Source: Kiritimatiellota bacterium
GTDB taxonomy: Bacteria; Verrucomicrobiota; Kiritimatiellia; RFP12; UBA1067
DNA length: 61,606 bases
Reading direction: 5' to 3'
Assembly: GCA_009778475.1 (NCBI GenBank)
Contig: WRJS01000004.1
Span: 1-61,606 of the forward strand
The translations under genes were made by a program, and so were the position numbers. The notes under the pieces are model-generated. The model saw only the letters and a list, made by a program, of their open reading frames with translations. It did not search any database and was not told where the DNA came from. Shown one piece after another: positions 56,684-61,606 of this stretch (the stretch's first letter is position 1; the number at the start of each line of letters is the position of its first letter).

Positions 56684-56711
56684 TTGATTTCCACGGCGCA
56701 CGCTGTATAAT
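56684..56711 (+). promoter_or_regulatory. Putative sigma70 promoter
   Basis: TTGATT-16bp-TATAAT. Confidence 0.55.
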
Positions 56712-56769
56712 GGTATCCCACTGTGTGGATTCGGTTTCACAGGGGAAAACCAATTAAAGGAGGTTCGGG

Positions 56770-59556
56770 ATGTGGCGTTTGTTTGGGGTGTTTCTGGCGG
56801 TGCCGCTGGCGGTCGCGTCGGCGGCGGAGGTGAGGCTGTCGGCGGATGAGTGGATAGGCGATCCGCTGGTGTGGAGGGTGCGCGCGGAGGGGGTTCATGT
56901 GGCGCACACGAACGGGGATTCGGTGCTGACGTATGAGGCGGGGGCGTTGTCGGATGAGGTGTGCGTGAGGGCGTCGCTGACGGTTCACGCGGGCGGGCGG
57001 CGCGAGTGGGACTTGGCGGGGGTCGCGATCGTGGATGACGCGCGTAACTTCTGGCATCTGGCGATCGGGCGGGGTCCGCCGTCGCAGGGCTATAAGCCGT
57101 TCATGGAGCTGTGCGAGATGCGCGGGGGGGAGTGGCTGGCGCAGCGTAACCTCACGTTTGAGCATGGGGGCGGCAAGGGGCAGGGCTGGGAGTTCGGCAA
57201 GCCGTACACGCTGGAGCTCCGCATGGACAAGGGCGGGGTGTCGGGCAAGGTCACGGATGCGGGCGGTGAGGTGATGTTCAGCCAGCGGTATGCGTTCTCC
57301 GCGCCGGCGGTGACGCGCGGGCGGGCGGCGTTGCGGGTGCGTAACGCGTCGTGCGATTTCGCGGCGGTGGATGTCGCGTCGGGCGCGGCGCTGGCGGAGA
57401 AGGCGGCGGTGTTCCCGCCGTATGCGGGGATGGATCGTGCGGTGTCGGGTGTGAGGTCGGGGGCGACGGGCTTCTTCCGCGTGGAGCGGGGGGCTGACGG
57501 GCGTTGGTGGGCGATCGACCCGCTCGGGCGCGGGGTGGTGCTGCTGGGCGTTGACCATGTGACGTTCGGGGGGCATTGGTGCGAGAAGCTGGGCTACGCG
57601 CCGCACGGTCGCAAGAATGAGAAGAGGTACGCGGACAAGGGCGAGTGGGAGGCGGAGGCGCTCGGGCGGCTGAAGGCGTGGGGCTTCAATATGCTGGGCG
57701 CGGGGTGCGCCCCGTCGCTGAACCACAGGGGGCTGGTGCATACGGAGTTTCTGAGCATGGGCAACCACCTCGCGGGGCTGGGCGACGAGTATGACATCAC
57801 GCCCGATGAGCACCGCCCCTGCTCGGCGTTCCCCAACGTGTTCCACCCGGACTTCGAGGCGTTCTGCAATTACCGCGCGCGCCAGAGCTGCGCGCCGAAC
57901 AAGGGCGACCCGTGGCTGCTGGGGTACTTCATCGACAACGAGCTGGCGTGGTGGGGGAACGGGTCGTGGGACGCGCAGGACACGGGGCTCTTCGACGCGG
58001 TCATGAAGAAGGGCGCGGCGCACACCGCGAAGCTCGCCTTGCGCGACGCGCTGAAGGAGCAGGTGGGCGGCGACCTCGCGCGGTTCAACGGCGTGTGGGG
58101 GACGGCGCTCAAAGGCTTCGACGACATCCTCGCGCTCACCGCGCTGCCGCACGACACCGCGACGCGGCGGGCGCTGAAACTGGAGTTCCTGCGGCTCGCC
58201 GCCGACCGCTATTTCGCCGTCACGACCCGCGCCATCCGCGCCGCCGACCCGAACCACCTCGTGCTGGGCGCGCGCTTCGCGGGGACGGGCGGGGCGCACC
58301 CGGAGGTGTGGAAAATCAGCGGCAAGTATTGCGACATCGTGACCTTCAACTGCTACCCCATGGCGGACTTGAACGAGGGGCGTGTGTACACCGACTTCGG
58401 GCGCAAGGGCGAGCTGGTCTCGACGCATTTCGCGACGTATTACGACTATGTGAAACGCCCCATGCTCGTCACCGAATGGTCGTTCCCCGCGCTCGACGCG
58501 GGCTTGCCGAGCGTGCACGGCGCGGGGCAGCGGTTCTTCACGCAGGCGGAGCGCACCGACGCCACGCGCCTCTTCGCGCGCTCGATGCTGAGCCTCCCGT
58601 TCCTGCTCGGCTACGACTACTTCATGTGGGTGGACGAGCCAGCCCTGGGCATCAGCACACCCTTCCCCGAGGACTCCAACTACGGGCTCATCAACGAGGA
58701 CGGCAAGCCCTACGAACTGCTGACCGCAATGTTCACCGACCTTCACCGCGAAGCCCCCGCATGGCGGCTCAAGCCCGAGCCGGAAGCCGCGAGCAAAACC
58801 CCCGCCGCGCCCCTGACCGCGCTGGAGGTGGCGAAGAGAGGCGCGGTGAAAAATGCCCCTCCCGCGCTCTTCGTGCAGGGCGGGGTTGACAACGGCGTCA
58901 TCAAGCTGAACGGGAAAGTCGCGCCCGGCAGGATGGTTCAGGAAGTGACGGCGGGCGGCAAAACGTTCGGCGCGTACAACGCGATGCTGCACGTCTCCGT
59001 CAACGGGCAGAGCCGCTGGATCGACGCGAACCACGTGATCGCCGTGGACGGGGAGGTCGAGCGCAACGGCATTGCGGTCATCGACCTCACCTCTTCCGCG
59101 AGCGACGGCGACACCACGTTTGAAATCACGCACCGCCTCCACCTCCCCCCCGGTGCGCCGTGGTTCGTGAGCGAGTTCGTCTCCGCGAAAAACACCGGCA
59201 CGAAACCGCTCCACGTCAAAGGGATTTACTTCCGCCTCTACAGCCCGTTCAGCGACACCCCCGAGGCGTTCCCCCCGAACCTGTGGGGCGTGCCGGCGGC
59301 AGGGTGCTGGATGGACAAGGCGGACGGGCGTTTCTTCGGCGCCGCAGCCGGGCGCCAGTCCGGCATCCGCGTCGATTTCTGGACGGACGGGACGCACCGC
59401 TCGCAACACCCCGACGCGCGCCTCGAGGTCGATGTGCAGATCGCCCCCGGCGACACCTACCGCCCCGACGCGCCCGTCCACGTCATCTGCGCCACCGGCA
59501 CCGGCGACACCGCCACATGGACGGAGCTGCTGAAATCACTGGCTGCGTTCTTTTGA
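56770..59556 (+). CDS. Secreted glycoside hydrolase, GH50 (agarase)-like, clan GH-A
   Basis: TGFFRVE..RWW.IDP.G, WGFN, DPWLLGYFIDNEL, DPNHLVLGARF, VTEW, EDSNYG. Confidence 0.75.
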   Translation: MWRLFGVFLAVPLAVASAAEVRLSADEWIGDPLVWRVRAEGVHVAHTNGDSVLTYEAGALSDEVCVRASLTVHAGGRREWDLAGVAIVDDARNFWHLAIGRGPPSQGYKPFMELCEMRGGEWLAQRNLTFEHGGGKGQGWEFGKPYTLELRMDKGGVSGKVTDAGGEVMFSQRYAFSAPAVTRGRAALRVRNASCDFAAVDVASGAALAEKAAVFPPYAGMDRAVSGVRSGATGFFRVERGADGRWWAIDPLGRGVVLLGVDHVTFGGHWCEKLGYAPHGRKNEKRYADKGEWEAEALGRLKAWGFNMLGAGCAPSLNHRGLVHTEFLSMGNHLAGLGDEYDITPDEHRPCSAFPNVFHPDFEAFCNYRARQSCAPNKGDPWLLGYFIDNELAWWGNGSWDAQDTGLFDAVMKKGAAHTAKLALRDALKEQVGGDLARFNGVWGTALKGFDDILALTALPHDTATRRALKLEFLRLAADRYFAVTTRAIRAADPNHLVLGARFAGTGGAHPEVWKISGKYCDIVTFNCYPMADLNEGRVYTDFGRKGELVSTHFATYYDYVKRPMLVTEWSFPALDAGLPSVHGAGQRFFTQAERTDATRLFARSMLSLPFLLGYDYFMWVDEPALGISTPFPEDSNYGLINEDGKPYELLTAMFTDLHREAPAWRLKPEPEAASKTPAAPLTALEVAKRGAVKNAPPALFVQGGVDNGVIKLNGKVAPGRMVQEVTAGGKTFGAYNAMLHVSVNGQSRWIDANHVIAVDGEVERNGIAVIDLTSSASDGDTTFEITHRLHLPPGAPWFVSEFVSAKNTGTKPLHVKGIYFRLYSPFSDTPEAFPPNLWGVPAAGCWMDKADGRFFGAAAGRQSGIRVDFWTDGTHRSQHPDARLEVDVQIAPGDTYRPDAPVHVICATGTGDTATWTELLKSLAAFF

Positions 59557-59579
59557 CAGGATTAACAGGATTGCTTGAA

Positions 59580-59620
59580 AAACCAGAAACTAGAAACTAA
59601 AAACTGTAAACTAAAAACTT
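59580..59620 (+). repeat. Heptamer tandem repeat (aaactag-like)
   Basis: aaaccag aaactag aaactaa aaactgt aaactaa aaact. Confidence 0.75.
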
Positions 59621-59624
59621 CTCT

Positions 59625-60356
59625 ATGAGCTGGCGCGGAAAAATCATGGGTGGGTATCTGGGGTCGCTGCTGGGACCGTGGGGAACGGTCGCGGGCGCGG
59701 CGGTCGGGCATTTCGCGGTTGACCGCAAAGCCCCAGCCGTCCAGCGCAAACAGGTCATGCGCCTGCTGGCGGTCGCGGCGGGGGCGCTCCACGATCTCGC
59801 GTGCTGCGACGGGAATTACACCCACGCGAAGGCGAACGTGATACGGGCAGTCCTGAAAGACCTGAACGCGACGCTCGGCAACCCGCTGAAAGAGGCGGAC
59901 GTGTCGTTCCTGATGGATGGCGCGACGCGCGTCGATCACGGGGTCATGCGGCTCGCGGAGATGGTGCGCGGTCATCAGCAGCTGGGGTGCGCGGCATTGT
60001 CGTGGTTCTGGCAGATCGCCGTGTGCGGCGGCGAGCCGTCCGCCCGCGAGGAGGATGTGATCGACCTGTTCACCGTTCACGCCGGGATACCGCCGCAGGA
60101 CGCGCAGTTCGTCGCCAGCCACTTCGTGCGGAGACCTGCCGGGGTTGGTGGGGGCGCGAACAACCGCCATGCCGCGTGTGACACCCTCGGTGTTCCCTAC
60201 ACGGCGACGCTCGAGGAGGTCAAACGCGCCTACCGCGCACTGAGCCAGAAATACCACCCCGACAAACACGCCGACCTCGACCCCGACATCCGCGCCCTGA
60301 CGGCGGAGAAGTTCGCCCAAGTCAAACGTGCCTACGACATCCTCTGCGATGAGTAA
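59625..60356 (+). CDS. DjlA-like co-chaperone (TerB-like + C-terminal J domain)
   Basis: W.GKI.GG..G N-terminus; KRAYR.L..KYHPD. Confidence 0.8.
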   Translation: MSWRGKIMGGYLGSLLGPWGTVAGAAVGHFAVDRKAPAVQRKQVMRLLAVAAGALHDLACCDGNYTHAKANVIRAVLKDLNATLGNPLKEADVSFLMDGATRVDHGVMRLAEMVRGHQQLGCAALSWFWQIAVCGGEPSAREEDVIDLFTVHAGIPPQDAQFVASHFVRRPAGVGGGANNRHAACDTLGVPYTATLEEVKRAYRALSQKYHPDKHADLDPDIRALTAEKFAQVKRAYDILCDE

Positions 60357-60478
60357 GCGGGGAGGGCTGGCGTATTCTTGTCCGTTGAAGAAACACCTTG
60401 ACGCTAGAATCCAGAATACCTATACTGCACGATGTTTCTTTTTGAAGAAACAGCATCGTTGCGGATGAAAACAGAACC

Positions 60479-61231
60479 ATGAATTTGAATCGTTTTAAGA
60501 TTGCGAAGGCGAGCGAGATTGAGCGGTTGCGTGGGCAACCGATGCCGTTACCGTTGGATACGCCGCGCACACGTTTCCTTGCGCCTCGTTCGGTGGGGGG
60601 ACGTGTGCGCGTGATTGCGGAGTACAAGCGTGCGTCGCCGTCGCGCGGCGTCATCAGCGAGCAATACACACCAGAGGTGATTGCGGATATCTACACGCGC
60701 GGTGGGGCATCCGCCATCTCGGTGCTCACGGAGGAGACTTATTTCAACGGGCATCTCGATTTCCTGCGGCGCGTGGCGGCACGGACGGCGTTGCCGCTGT
60801 TGCGGAAGGATTTCATTTTCGACGAGGCGCAAATCCGCGCGACCGCCGCGACACCCGCGAGTGCGCTGCTGCTGATTGTGGCGCTCACGCCGGACGTGGC
60901 GCACTTGCGCGGCCTGCGTGTGCTGGCGGAGTCGTTCGGCATGACGGCGGTGGTCGAGGTGTTCGATGAACGTGAACTGGATATTGCGCGCGCTGCTGGG
61001 TCGAGCGTGATACAGGTGAACAACCGTAACTTGGAGACGCTGGCGGTGGATGCGTCGGTCACGCGACGGCTGGTGTCGCGGCGGCTGGTGGGCGAGCGCT
61101 GGATCGCGGCGAGCGGTTACGAGTCGCGTGCGCAGCTTGACGCGCTTGACGGGTACGATGCCGCGCTCGTGGGTACGGCGCTGATGGCGAGCGCCGACCC
61201 AGAGGCGACGTTGAGGGCGTTGACGCGATGA
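60479..61231 (+). CDS. trpC: Indole-3-glycerol phosphate synthase
   Basis: IAEYKRASPSRG, SVLTE, LRKDFI, VNNRNL, LVGTALM. Confidence 0.93.
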   Translation: MNLNRFKIAKASEIERLRGQPMPLPLDTPRTRFLAPRSVGGRVRVIAEYKRASPSRGVISEQYTPEVIADIYTRGGASAISVLTEETYFNGHLDFLRRVAARTALPLLRKDFIFDEAQIRATAATPASALLLIVALTPDVAHLRGLRVLAESFGMTAVVEVFDERELDIARAAGSSVIQVNNRNLETLAVDASVTRRLVSRRLVGERWIAASGYESRAQLDALDGYDAALVGTALMASADPEATLRALTR

Positions 61232-61606
61232 CCAACGGGTTACTGATAAAAGTCTGCGGCATCACACGCCAAGGCGACGCGGAGGCGTGTGAGGCGTCGG
61301 GCGTGGATTTCTGCGGGTTCGTGTTTCACCCGCCGAGTCCGCGCAACGTGTCGGCGGCGGATGTGGCGCGTATCCGCACGGGAGAGATGCGGCGCGTGGG
61401 TGTGTTCACGACGCACGACACGGATGACATCCTCCGCACGATGGACGTGGCGCGGCTGGACTACGCGCAGCTTCACTCGGATCAGGGCGAGGCGTGTGCG
61501 GAGGCGATCGGTGCGGGGCGTGTCATCCGCGTGTGCTTCGCGTTGCCGGAGTCGCCGCGCTGCGCGACGTTCCTGCTCTTCGACAAGCCGTTCGACTGGC
61601 ACGATC
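61228..61606 (+). CDS. trpF: Phosphoribosylanthranilate isomerase, truncated by window edge
   Basis: Manual translation MTNGLLIKVCGIT...GFVFHPPSPRNV...VGVF...QLH; start overlaps the trpC stop. Confidence 0.9.
   Translation, partial: MTNGLLIKVCGITRQGDAEACEASGVDFCGFVFHPPSPRNVSAADVARIRTGEMRRVGVFTTHDTDDILRTMDVARLDYAQLHSDQGEACAEAIGAGRVIRVCFALPESPRCATFLLFDKPFDWHD

Noticed and set aside
1834-59481. Long antisense or alternate-frame ORFs (e.g. 1834-3645, 27474-29189, 30642-33227, 40521-44096, 49487-51532, 56737-59481)
   Set aside because: Shadow ORFs of recognisable genes in high-GC DNA, with no motifs

Overview
High-GC bacterial window; gene content suggests a PVC-superphylum organism, probably Kiritimatiellia or Lentisphaerae (inference). 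The left ~22 kb is accessory: a complete IS1595-family element (22-bp TIRs, 8-bp TSD), a DUF4011/SF1-helicase/endonuclease (Hhe-like) gene, and a ~16-kb polymorphic cassette locus at ~6.0-22.2 kb. That locus has a twice-repeated ~4.6-kb unit (promoter, membrane LamG-like gene, 761-aa secreted Cys/His-rich protein, cognate secreted partner). Each unit is followed by headless variant C-terminal cassettes of the 761-aa protein and arrays of divergent signal-peptide partner genes. The variable tips are all homologous, His-rich and resemble the eukaryotic AMOP domain, and the signal peptide is encoded by a 12x7-bp repeat. This is the best candidate for an undescribed system (toxin/immunity-like or allorecognition-like). 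The remainder is mostly core genome: lpxK-murJ-(ankyrin)-murG, exbB/exbD/tonB-like, rsmD-coaD-yceD-rpmF-plsX, lepA-(RelBE)-lepB, mscS, djlA-like and trpC-trpF. It also holds secreted HzsA-like CxxCH proteins, a GH50-like hydrolase, and many REP-like and heptamer intergenic repeats.
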